Origin: Bacteroidales bacterium
GTDB lineage: Bacteria; Bacteroidota; Bacteroidia; Bacteroidales; WCHB1-69
Assembly: GCA_031264975.1 (NCBI GenBank)
Contig: JAISDH010000369.1
Span: 1 to 33,946 of the forward strand
Reading direction: 5' to 3'
DNA: 33,946 nucleotides
Positions within the stretch are counted from its first letter, which is position 1; every line of letters starts with the position of its first letter. The translations under genes and the position numbers were made by a program. This document shows, piece after piece, positions 26,810 to 33,419 of this stretch. Under the pieces are notes generated by a model. It ran no database searches. It saw only the letters and a program-made list of their open reading frames with translations, and was not told where the DNA came from.

Positions 26810-26830
26810 CCATTCCTAAAAATTCAAAAT
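26810..26830 (-). promoter_or_regulatory. Shared 21-bp upstream motif, copy 2
   Basis: CCATTCCTAAAAATTCAAAAT lies 50-70 nt upstream of the 26760 start. It is identical to 26159-26179. Confidence 0.5.
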
Positions 26831-26872
26831 ACCGACATTTTTCGGGCAAAATGTCCACAATTCTACTATTAC

Positions 26873-27298
26873 CTACCTCGCAACACGGCGTTGTTTTACC
26901 GCAGGGGCAGTAATATCGTTTTTTGCCCCTTTCTCTTTCAGTACCTCCGTCAATGCTGCTATCTGTTTATCCTTTTCCTCCAATTGTTGTTTTAATAATT
27001 CAAATATTTGTTTGGCCGGTATTGGCTCATCTTCCTTTTCTTCTTTTACAGGTTGGGTGTATTTTAACATTTGGCCATTTCCTGTGAGTAACCATTCGGG
27101 ATTGATTTTTTCGTAATATAGTAATATTTTATATATTACATCTTCCCCTAAAGATCCCCTGTTTTTAGCCATTTTGCTAAAATAGCTGTTGCTTAAGCCG
27201 ATATTTGTCGCTAATTGGCTAAAATTACCACCTTGTTTGTCAAATATATATAATAATCTATCAATTATTTTCGTATTATTTTCATTATCTTTTTGCAT
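26873..27298 (-). CDS. Phage CI-repressor-type HTH protein with coiled-coil tail
   Basis: 141 aa. The blocks IIDRLLYIFDKQGGNFSQLATNIGLSNSYFSKMAKNRGSLGEDVIYKILLYYEKINPEWLLTGNGQML match the Phage_CI_repr-type HTH common in Bacteroidetes. It is a paralog of 32783-33181. Confidence 0.7.
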   Translation of the reverse strand: MQKDNENNTKIIDRLLYIFDKQGGNFSQLATNIGLSNSYFSKMAKNRGSLGEDVIYKILLYYEKINPEWLLTGNGQMLKYTQPVKEEKEDEPIPAKQIFELLKQQLEEKDKQIAALTEVLKEKGAKNDITAPAVKQRRVAR

Positions 27299-27300
27299 AA

Positions 27301-27333
27301 ATCGTAATATAGTTATATCTTTGCATCGTAATA
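27301..27333. promoter_or_regulatory. Direct repeats in the divergent CI-like/Bro-N promoter gap
   Basis: ATCGTAATA occurs at 27301-27309 and again at 27325-27333, an offset of 24 bp. The copies flank a TAnnTTTG box, TATCTTTG (27316-27323), on the plus strand. Confidence 0.35.
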
Positions 27334-27395
27334 CAAAATTTTGTCACAAAAAACTATTATAAGCAACTTGTAAAGATAAAAAAAATATTGTGATT

Positions 27396-28559
27396 ATGGC
27401 AAGATTACGACCGACTGTAATAAATAAATTGAAAAGAACACCAAAGTGCCGCAAAAAACTTGCGCTAACACTGAATGTATCCGAAGGCACTGTCTGGTAT
27501 AATCTCAATAAAAACCACGACAATAACAGCCTTACAAAAACCGATGCTTTGTACTGTATTCAAGAGTTATTAGGTGTAAAAGAGACCAAACAATTATTAG
27601 ATATGCGTTCGAACAACAAACAGTCATTAGAAATATGTACGGACATCCCGTCATTTGAAGATATATGCGCAGATACTAAATTCGAGATAATACACGGTAA
27701 GGAAAAACCACGGTCAGTAATACTAAAACACGGCTGGAAAAAAGAATTGGCAAAATTGGCAGATTGCTCGTCCGCCACGGTTTGTGGTGCATTGTATAAC
27801 GGCATAAGCGGCAAAAAAGCTGACCGCGTGCGGAAACTTTACAAAGAAAAGTACAGCCATATTGAGATAATACCCGACGAACCTGAGCCGCGTCCTGACA
27901 CTAAGATCGACGAGGTTGTGAAAATTGAAGAAAATTCAAATAACAACTTAGATGGACGCCTGTTTACTTTCACCCCAAGCAATCAAATTATCAGGGTTGA
28001 AACTGTCAATGGTGAGCCCTGGTTTGTCGCTAAGGATGTGTGCGATATTTTGAACCATACAAATCCAAGTATAGCGGTTCAAATACTTGACGAAGATGAA
28101 CTGGCTAAGAAAAGTTTAGGGCGTGGAAATCAAACAACTGGGAACGATATTGCGTGGTTTGTTAATGAATCAGGTCTTTACAATCTCATCTTCCGCAGCA
28201 ATAAACCGGAAGCTCGTGTCTTTCGGAAGTGGGTCACGTCGGAGGTGTTGCCGGCATTGCGGAAGACAGGGGGGTATCAGATAAAGAAAAGAAGCCATCG
28301 CAAACCTGTTCCTGAAAATTCCGACATTGCTCGGCTACTTCAGCTAATTGCAGATAATTTGCAAAAAAACGACAAAAAAGCGATAGCAAAACAACTGGGT
28401 ATAAATCCTGCGTCCGTCTCACAGATATTATCCGGGACAACAAGAAGCAATGATATTTTACAGGCACTGTACGAAAAAGCGTTGGAAAACAAGCAAAATG
28501 GTTTTGTAAGTGCCTACTCCAGCGAGTTCGTCACTACTGCAATCACAAAATTAAAATAA
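27396..28559 (+). CDS. Bro-N domain (prophage antirepressor-like) protein with additional HTH-like modules
   Basis: The ORF-track start is a GTG at 27390. The ATG at 27396 (MARLRPT...) matches the paralog at 28571. The Bro-N block is FTFTPSNQIIRVETVNGEPWFVAKDVCDILNHTNPSIAVQILDEDE...ESGLYNLIFRSNKPEARVFRKWVTSEVLPALRKTG. A C-terminal HTH-like segment reads IAKQLGINPASVSQILSG. Confidence 0.8.
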   Translation: MARLRPTVINKLKRTPKCRKKLALTLNVSEGTVWYNLNKNHDNNSLTKTDALYCIQELLGVKETKQLLDMRSNNKQSLEICTDIPSFEDICADTKFEIIHGKEKPRSVILKHGWKKELAKLADCSSATVCGALYNGISGKKADRVRKLYKEKYSHIEIIPDEPEPRPDTKIDEVVKIEENSNNNLDGRLFTFTPSNQIIRVETVNGEPWFVAKDVCDILNHTNPSIAVQILDEDELAKKSLGRGNQTTGNDIAWFVNESGLYNLIFRSNKPEARVFRKWVTSEVLPALRKTGGYQIKKRSHRKPVPENSDIARLLQLIADNLQKNDKKAIAKQLGINPASVSQILSGTTRSNDILQALYEKALENKQNGFVSAYSSEFVTTAITKLK

Positions 28560-28570
28560 ATCAATTAGCT

Positions 28571-28783
28571 ATGGCAAGATTACGGGCCGAAGTAGTAAGG
28601 AAGTTAAAGTTGACGCCGGAGTTTCGTCTGAAACTCGCATTAAGTATGAATTTATCCGAGCATGCAGTGATGTATAATCTCAAAACAAACCATAATAACA
28701 ATAGCCTTACAAAAATAGATGCACTAAACTGCATCAAAGAATTGTTAAGATTCGATAATATAGAACAATTGTTGGAGAAATAA
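28571..28783 (+). CDS. Stand-alone paralog of the N-terminal domain of the Bro-N protein
   Basis: 70 aa. MARLRAEVVRKLKLTPEFRLKLALSMNLSEHAVMYNLKTNHNNNSLTKIDALNCIKELL aligns end to end with residues 1-60 of the 27396 product, at roughly half identity by eye. Confidence 0.6.
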   Translation: MARLRAEVVRKLKLTPEFRLKLALSMNLSEHAVMYNLKTNHNNNSLTKIDALNCIKELLRFDNIEQLLEK

Positions 28784-28787
28784 ATTT

Positions 28788-29000
28788 ATGAGACCAATCA
28801 CTAACAAAACCATACAAGTGCATGAACAATGTGTCTGTGGTTATAATTCCGTATATACATCATTTTATCCTATTCGGTGGAGAGATTTAGGTTCCCATGG
28901 GATTAAACGCAAGAAATATCGCCATAGCGGCAAACCTCTTTTGTCGTATAATATGGTTATTGACCAATGCGAAGGGCATGACCTCAATGGATATGAATAA
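28788..29000 (+). CDS. Hypothetical small protein
   Basis: 70-aa ORF that fills the gap before the primase-like gene. I see no recognisable motif. An opposite-strand ORF of similar size also exists, so coding status is uncertain. Confidence 0.3.
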   Translation: MRPITNKTIQVHEQCVCGYNSVYTSFYPIRWRDLGSHGIKRKKYRHSGKPLLSYNMVIDQCEGHDLNGYE

Positions 29001-29012
29001 AAAATCATCACT

Positions 29013-29960
29013 ATGGAACAACAAGATTTAAAGGCAATTAAACAAATTTTCATCTCTCAATATCTCTCAAAGTTGGGAATAGAGCCGGTTAAAAGGACTG
29101 GCCGGACATTACTTTATCATGCCCCATACAGAACCGATAATCATCCCTCTTTTGCTGTAGATATGCAAAAAAATACCTGGCATGATTTTGCCACCGGAGA
29201 AGGAACAAGTATCATCGACCTCGTGATGAAAATGCATAATATTGACTTTAAAGAAGCCATTAGCCATCTCGGCGGGCAAAATAGTATGATGCCAGAACAG
29301 GTCTATCAACAATACCCAGTCACAAAAATAGAAAAAGAACCGGGCATAGTTATTTTAAAAGAAAAACCACTTAATAATCCGGCTCTCATTGCTTATTTGA
29401 AAGAGCGCTGCATCGATATAGACATTGCCCAAAAACACTGCAAAGAACTCTACTATATGGTTGGGGAGAAACGATACTTCGGTATCGGATTTAAAAACGA
29501 TAGAGGAGGGTATGAAATCAGAAATAAGTACTTTAAAGGAGCGACATCGAAAGACATTACTACCATTTGCCACAAAGACGCTTATGCCTGTCATATTTAT
29601 GAAGGCTTCATGGATTATTTGTCACATCTTACCATCGACAAACATAACATGACAAATAACAGTAAATACTGGTTAAAAACCAGGCCGGGCGAGAATGTCA
29701 TTATTCTTAACTCTGTGACTAATGTTAACAAGGCCAAAGATTTTTTAAAAAGCGAAAATCAACATAGGGTTACAATTTATTTAGACAACGATAATGCCGG
29801 GCGAAGAGTCACAAAAGAACTTCGAGATTTTATGATTCCTGAACATCTAGCTATCGACGCTTCTGTCTGCTACCAACCGCACAAAGACATAAACGACTAT
29901 CTCATGTCTTTGGGCAAACAACAAAAGAATACAGTAACACCAAAAATAAAACTATCATAA
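29013..29960 (+). CDS. Toprim-domain primase-like protein
   Basis: 315 aa. The N-terminus is a degenerate CHC2-finger-like region lacking the Cys ligands (LYHAPYRTDNHPSFAVD..NTWHDFATGEGTSIIDLV). The C-terminus is Toprim-like (VIILNSVTN...IYLDNDNAGRRVTKEL). Confidence 0.65.
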   Translation: MEQQDLKAIKQIFISQYLSKLGIEPVKRTGRTLLYHAPYRTDNHPSFAVDMQKNTWHDFATGEGTSIIDLVMKMHNIDFKEAISHLGGQNSMMPEQVYQQYPVTKIEKEPGIVILKEKPLNNPALIAYLKERCIDIDIAQKHCKELYYMVGEKRYFGIGFKNDRGGYEIRNKYFKGATSKDITTICHKDAYACHIYEGFMDYLSHLTIDKHNMTNNSKYWLKTRPGENVIILNSVTNVNKAKDFLKSENQHRVTIYLDNDNAGRRVTKELRDFMIPEHLAIDASVCYQPHKDINDYLMSLGKQQKNTVTPKIKLS

Positions 29961-29971
29961 TATTAAAAATC

Positions 29972-30187
29972 ATGGACGAAAAGGAAAAAATCAATTTGCA
30001 ACAAGAAATTTCTTCTTTAAAGGAACAACAAACGGAACAGGCGAGGCAACAAAATGTTTTATTAGAGCAACTCACTAAAGTCTGTGACCTTATTAAAGAA
30101 TTGGCGGAAATATTAGTTATAGAAACAAAACAAAATATAATTACAGCATGTCAGCAAAGCATAAAACAACTAAGGCAAAAAAAATAA
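29972..30187 (+). CDS. Small coiled-coil protein
   Basis: 71 aa with a heptad-like Gln/Glu/Leu-rich sequence. It is tightly packed after the primase-like gene. Confidence 0.45.
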   Translation: MDEKEKINLQQEISSLKEQQTEQARQQNVLLEQLTKVCDLIKELAEILVIETKQNIITACQQSIKQLRQKK

Positions 30188-30408
30188 AAACACTTTTTGT
30201 TTTTGGACTTTTGTGCATCATTTTTCTTTTTTCTCTTTTTGTGAGCAATAAAAAGGATGAAGAAGCTAATAATGAGCAGTATTATCCGCGAGAAGTGGAA
30301 ACAGCCATGGATTCTTTGTCGGAATTTCTCGCCAAGGTTGATAGCACGCTGAATGTTTTAAAAGATAGCCTTAAGGTAGAATCGTATGAACAAAGAACAG
30401 GTAAATAG
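30148..30408 (+). CDS. Small single-pass membrane protein
   Basis: 86 aa. A basic N-terminus is followed by the TM helix LFVFGLLCIIFLFSLFV. It overlaps both neighbours, and the start is uncertain. Confidence 0.4.
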   Translation: MSAKHKTTKAKKIKTLFVFGLLCIIFLFSLFVSNKKDEEANNEQYYPREVETAMDSLSEFLAKVDSTLNVLKDSLKVESYEQRTGK

Positions 30409-30739
30409 CGCTCCCGTAATGATGGTTCCGATGGTTGTTTTACCACAAACCGTATGGCAAGAAACAACTGAAAAAATAGATAAGTTATTGCATTTGGTGG
30501 ACGGCAGCCAGAGGGCAAATCCCACAGCGCAGCAGGAACGTATTCCGTTAATTCAATTTAAAAATGACAAAAAATTACAACGTCGTTACGGACTTACTTA
30601 TTCTCAAGTGAGAAAAATCGCTAATGATAACCTTTTATGTTCATATTGCGATTCCGGCCGGCAACGATATAGATGGACGACGCATGAAGATATAATAAAT
30701 TATCTTAATCGAATAAAAATGTCAGGTATCAAGCAATAA
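30386..30739 (+). CDS. Putative small DNA-binding protein (excisionase/HTH-like)
   Basis: 117 aa. The segment LQRRYGLTYSQVRKIANDNLL looks HTH-like. It lies immediately upstream of the Rep-like gene. The assignment is weak. Confidence 0.35.
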   Translation: MNKEQVNSAPVMMVPMVVLPQTVWQETTEKIDKLLHLVDGSQRANPTAQQERIPLIQFKNDKKLQRRYGLTYSQVRKIANDNLLCSYCDSGRQRYRWTTHEDIINYLNRIKMSGIKQ

Positions 30740-30749
30740 CATAACTGTT

Positions 30750-32003
30750 ATGGAGCACCCTCTAATCCGAATAGACAAAAATATTGCACATAATATCGAC
30801 CTTTTTATAAATATAGATATTATAAGCAATGAGGACAAGGCATTGATAAAAAGTTTAATTTATTATTTTTGTTTTTCCAGGCAGACAGACTTGTTTGGGT
30901 TTGGGACATTAGATCCGAGGCGGTTTGCAGCAGCATTGAATTACAATGAAGGCTACTTGCGAAAGAGGCATCCAAATCCTTTGCAACTGCAAAAACTGAC
31001 AGCAGAAGAAAAAAAGTTTTTGTACGAGCAGGAAAAAAGAAATCCGGCATCAAAAATTTTCGACTCCTATCTTGAAAACGCATTGTATATTTTACACACA
31101 ACTGCGCTAAGGTTCTCCCGTACTGCTAAAGAAGTTATTTTTGAAAATAACACGACAAAATATACAAATATTTCAAAAGCATATATTTTGTTGCCGGAAT
31201 TGATTACAACCACTGTCAAAGGGAAAGGATCCCCTAAAATATTCTATACCTATGACATTAACGAAAATTTCATCACCAATCTTTCACTTTATTTTCTGAA
31301 ATTTAGCAAAGAGGCATTAATTACATTACGTCGTGCCGGACTTGATGACCTGTATTTATATTTAAAAAACTTCAAAGAAATCTTGCAAGAAAAATCAAAG
31401 ACATCAACAAAAATTGATGAAATTGACCGGTCATTAAATTTTAATCACCTATGTAAAATTGCCCGAATACCACTTCAAAAGAAAGACGGTTCGGAATTTA
31501 AGAACCCACGAGATATAAAGCAAAAACTTATAGATGCCTTTGACTCCATAAACGAACAAACAGACTTGAAATTTAGAGTGGAGTGGGTTAAATCAAATCC
31601 AAATACAAGGTGGAAATACTTGCCATTATTTTTCTTTGAAGACGAGACCATAGGGATGAAATTTGCACACAATATAAGTCGCCGGCAGGAACGAATAACT
31701 ATTTTTAAGGAAAATCTTAAGTACGAACTTCTAAATTGTTTTAAACAGCATAATAACGAACGAACAGAACAATGCATGATAGAATGGCTAAAAAGTGACC
31801 GAAACATTGCTGAAAAAGAACTGGCGTTCCGTACCGCCCAATATAAAACTTTTGGTAAAATCCATCATAACATTGACAAAATGACCAAAGCATGGCTTAT
31901 TTCGCTTCCAAAAGAAATAATAAACAGTCTTCAAGATTATCTAATGTCAAAAAATACAAGGTCAGCAACTTCCGATTGGTATAACGAAATGTATTCTATG
32001 TGA
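30750..32003 (+). CDS. Putative replication initiator (Rep_3/RepB-like winged-helix layout)
   Basis: 417 aa. The segments ...ISNEDKALIKSLIYYF..., ...LSLYFLKFSKEALITLRRAGLDDLYLYLKNF... and ...LNFNHLCKIARIPL......F.NPRDIKQKLIDAFDSINEQTDLKFRVEWVKS resemble the two winged-helix blocks of Rep_3 initiators. This is pattern-level recognition only. Confidence 0.4.
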   Translation: MEHPLIRIDKNIAHNIDLFINIDIISNEDKALIKSLIYYFCFSRQTDLFGFGTLDPRRFAAALNYNEGYLRKRHPNPLQLQKLTAEEKKFLYEQEKRNPASKIFDSYLENALYILHTTALRFSRTAKEVIFENNTTKYTNISKAYILLPELITTTVKGKGSPKIFYTYDINENFITNLSLYFLKFSKEALITLRRAGLDDLYLYLKNFKEILQEKSKTSTKIDEIDRSLNFNHLCKIARIPLQKKDGSEFKNPRDIKQKLIDAFDSINEQTDLKFRVEWVKSNPNTRWKYLPLFFFEDETIGMKFAHNISRRQERITIFKENLKYELLNCFKQHNNERTEQCMIEWLKSDRNIAEKELAFRTAQYKTFGKIHHNIDKMTKAWLISLPKEIINSLQDYLMSKNTRSATSDWYNEMYSM

Positions 32004-32073
32004 TAATTTCAAAAAATTCAGTGGCTTTGAATGCATCGGCGGAAATGGGCATCAAGGTATTGTAATTATTTTC

Positions 32074-32349
32074 TCATGTATCGTTATAGTGCCCTTTCGC
32101 AGTTAATACAAGTACAATTATCCTGTCCTCATCTATTCGATATACGAGGCGGTCTTTTTTCGTTATCCGGCGAGACCAGCAACCGGCGTAGTCGTGCTTC
32201 ATTAATTCGGGCTTCCCGGTCCCTGTGCGTGGGTGTTCGTGCAATTCCCTGATGAGCCTTATTACTTTATTATAAGATTGGATATTCGTTCTTTTCAGGT
32301 GTGTAATATCATTTATCGCTTCCGGCATGTATTTCACTTCATAAATCAT
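32074..32349 (-). CDS. Txe/YoeB (RelE-superfamily) toxin (pair 2)
   Basis: 91 aa. It has the same pattern as pair 1: LIRELHEHPRTGTGKPELM...WSRRITKKDRLVYRIDEDRIIVLVLTAKGHYNDT. It is clearly paralogous to the pair 1 toxin but well diverged. Confidence 0.8.
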   Translation of the reverse strand: MIYEVKYMPEAINDITHLKRTNIQSYNKVIRLIRELHEHPRTGTGKPELMKHDYAGCWSRRITKKDRLVYRIDEDRIIVLVLTAKGHYNDT

Positions 32350-32600
32350 AGCGATTCGAGGAATTTAAGCGATTCTTCATGCGTTTTGCAAGCGACCCCC
32401 TCTCCACGCTCGGCTTGTGCTATGGCCCTATCTATCCTGGCGAGCATTTCGGGAGTAAAATACATATCGTCTTCTGTAACCGATGCAAGGGAATAGGCTC
32501 TGTTTTTTCCCCGTTGCACAATAATTTGCTCACCATTGTCAATGTGGTTAAAATATTTTGCCTGGTTATCTCTAAACTCTCTACTGCTAATAACTAACAT
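32346..32600 (-). CDS. Antitoxin partner of the Txe/YoeB-type toxin (pair 2)
   Basis: 84 aa. It has a 4-nt overlap with its toxin gene and is a paralog of the 23555-23821 product. Confidence 0.7.
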   Translation of the reverse strand: MLVISSREFRDNQAKYFNHIDNGEQIIVQRGKNRAYSLASVTEDDMYFTPEMLARIDRAIAQAERGEGVACKTHEESLKFLESL

Positions 32601-32602
32601 AT

Positions 32603-32630
32603 CTTTGTGTACTATTTTGGTACAAAGATA
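32603..32630 (-). promoter_or_regulatory. Promoter -7 box plus operator of TA pair 2
   Basis: The minus strand reads TTATCTTTGTACCAAAATAGTACACAAAGAT then ATG. It contains TATCTTTG and TGTAC-N7-GTACA half-sites. It is nearly superimposable on the pair 1 leader, TTATCTTTGTACCAAATTTGGTACACAAAAT. Confidence 0.5.
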
Positions 32631-32782
32631 ACGATATTTTCGAAATATTCAAATCTTTTTGCTCCAAAAAAAAGCAATTTACAATCGGTGTGGATTGAAA
32701 TAAACAGCCTTTCGGGTTGTGTCTTGATTGCATTTTGAAATTTTGTGGTAACTTTGTGCGGAAGTAAAAATATTCGAAGAAT

Positions 32783-33181
32783 ATGCCTGCACAAAAAAAA
32801 CACAATACAACCAATGATATTTTAAACCGACTGGAAGAGTTCTTGCGAACCGTTGGAGATACCTTAATAAACATTACCGAAAGAATAAATGTTTCTCGTG
32901 GTTATTTCTCTACAATTCGAAATAAAAAAGCAGAAATAGGTGTAGATAAAATTGTTGGAATATTATTACTGTACCCACAGCTATCCGGCGATTGGCTACT
33001 AACTGGGGCTGGACTTATGCTTAAAGCGGCTACTTCTTTAAAAGAGCAATCGGAAATACTTGCAAAGGAAGAAGCTTTAAAAATTACTGTTGCTAAGATA
33101 GACGATATTCAAAACCAGCTACGACAACTACACAAACAAATATCCAAGCCCAAAATAAAGCCAAGAAAATTGATAAAATAG
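32783..33181 (+). CDS. Phage CI-repressor-type HTH protein with coiled-coil tail (second paralog)
   Basis: 132 aa. The blocks ILNRLEEFLRTVGDTLINITERINVSRGYFSTIRNKKAEIGVDKIVGILLLYPQLSGDWLLTGAGLML match the CI-type HTH. Two similar 15-bp sites, ATATT(T/C)-N3-(A/G)AATAT, lie at 32634-32648 and 32770-32784. The second overlaps the ATG. Confidence 0.7.
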   Translation: MPAQKKHNTTNDILNRLEEFLRTVGDTLINITERINVSRGYFSTIRNKKAEIGVDKIVGILLLYPQLSGDWLLTGAGLMLKAATSLKEQSEILAKEEALKITVAKIDDIQNQLRQLHKQISKPKIKPRKLIK

Positions 33182-33419
33182 GGATTCCCGATCATTTTTA
33201 AGTATGAATGCCGGCACATTTGTAAACAACGGAAGATGTACCATTGCTCGCCGATGGCAGGGTAGCGGTGACCACTGGTAAAAACCATGAGCCTGCAAAA
33301 TGTAATTTTCGGAATTATATTGGGTATTAAAAATGAAAATAAGTCAGAATATAGCCTCGCTATTTTGAAAAATAAATTATCTTTGCGTTATGAAACAGTA
33401 ATCGTAATTCAGATTATCT

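Noticed and set aside
26249-26913. Plus-strand ORFs 26249-26746 (165 aa) and 26575-26913, antisense to the Zn-ribbon membrane protein.
   Set aside because: The minus-strand product has a coherent Zn-ribbon plus TM-helix architecture and a start preceded by the shared 21-bp motif. The plus-strand translations look like mirror-frame noise.
32031-32597. Plus-strand ORFs 32031-32252, 32233-32496 and 32379-32597 over TA pair 2.
   Set aside because: The minus-strand products are clear paralogs of TA pair 1, with the typical 4-nt overlap. The plus-strand ORFs have no motifs.
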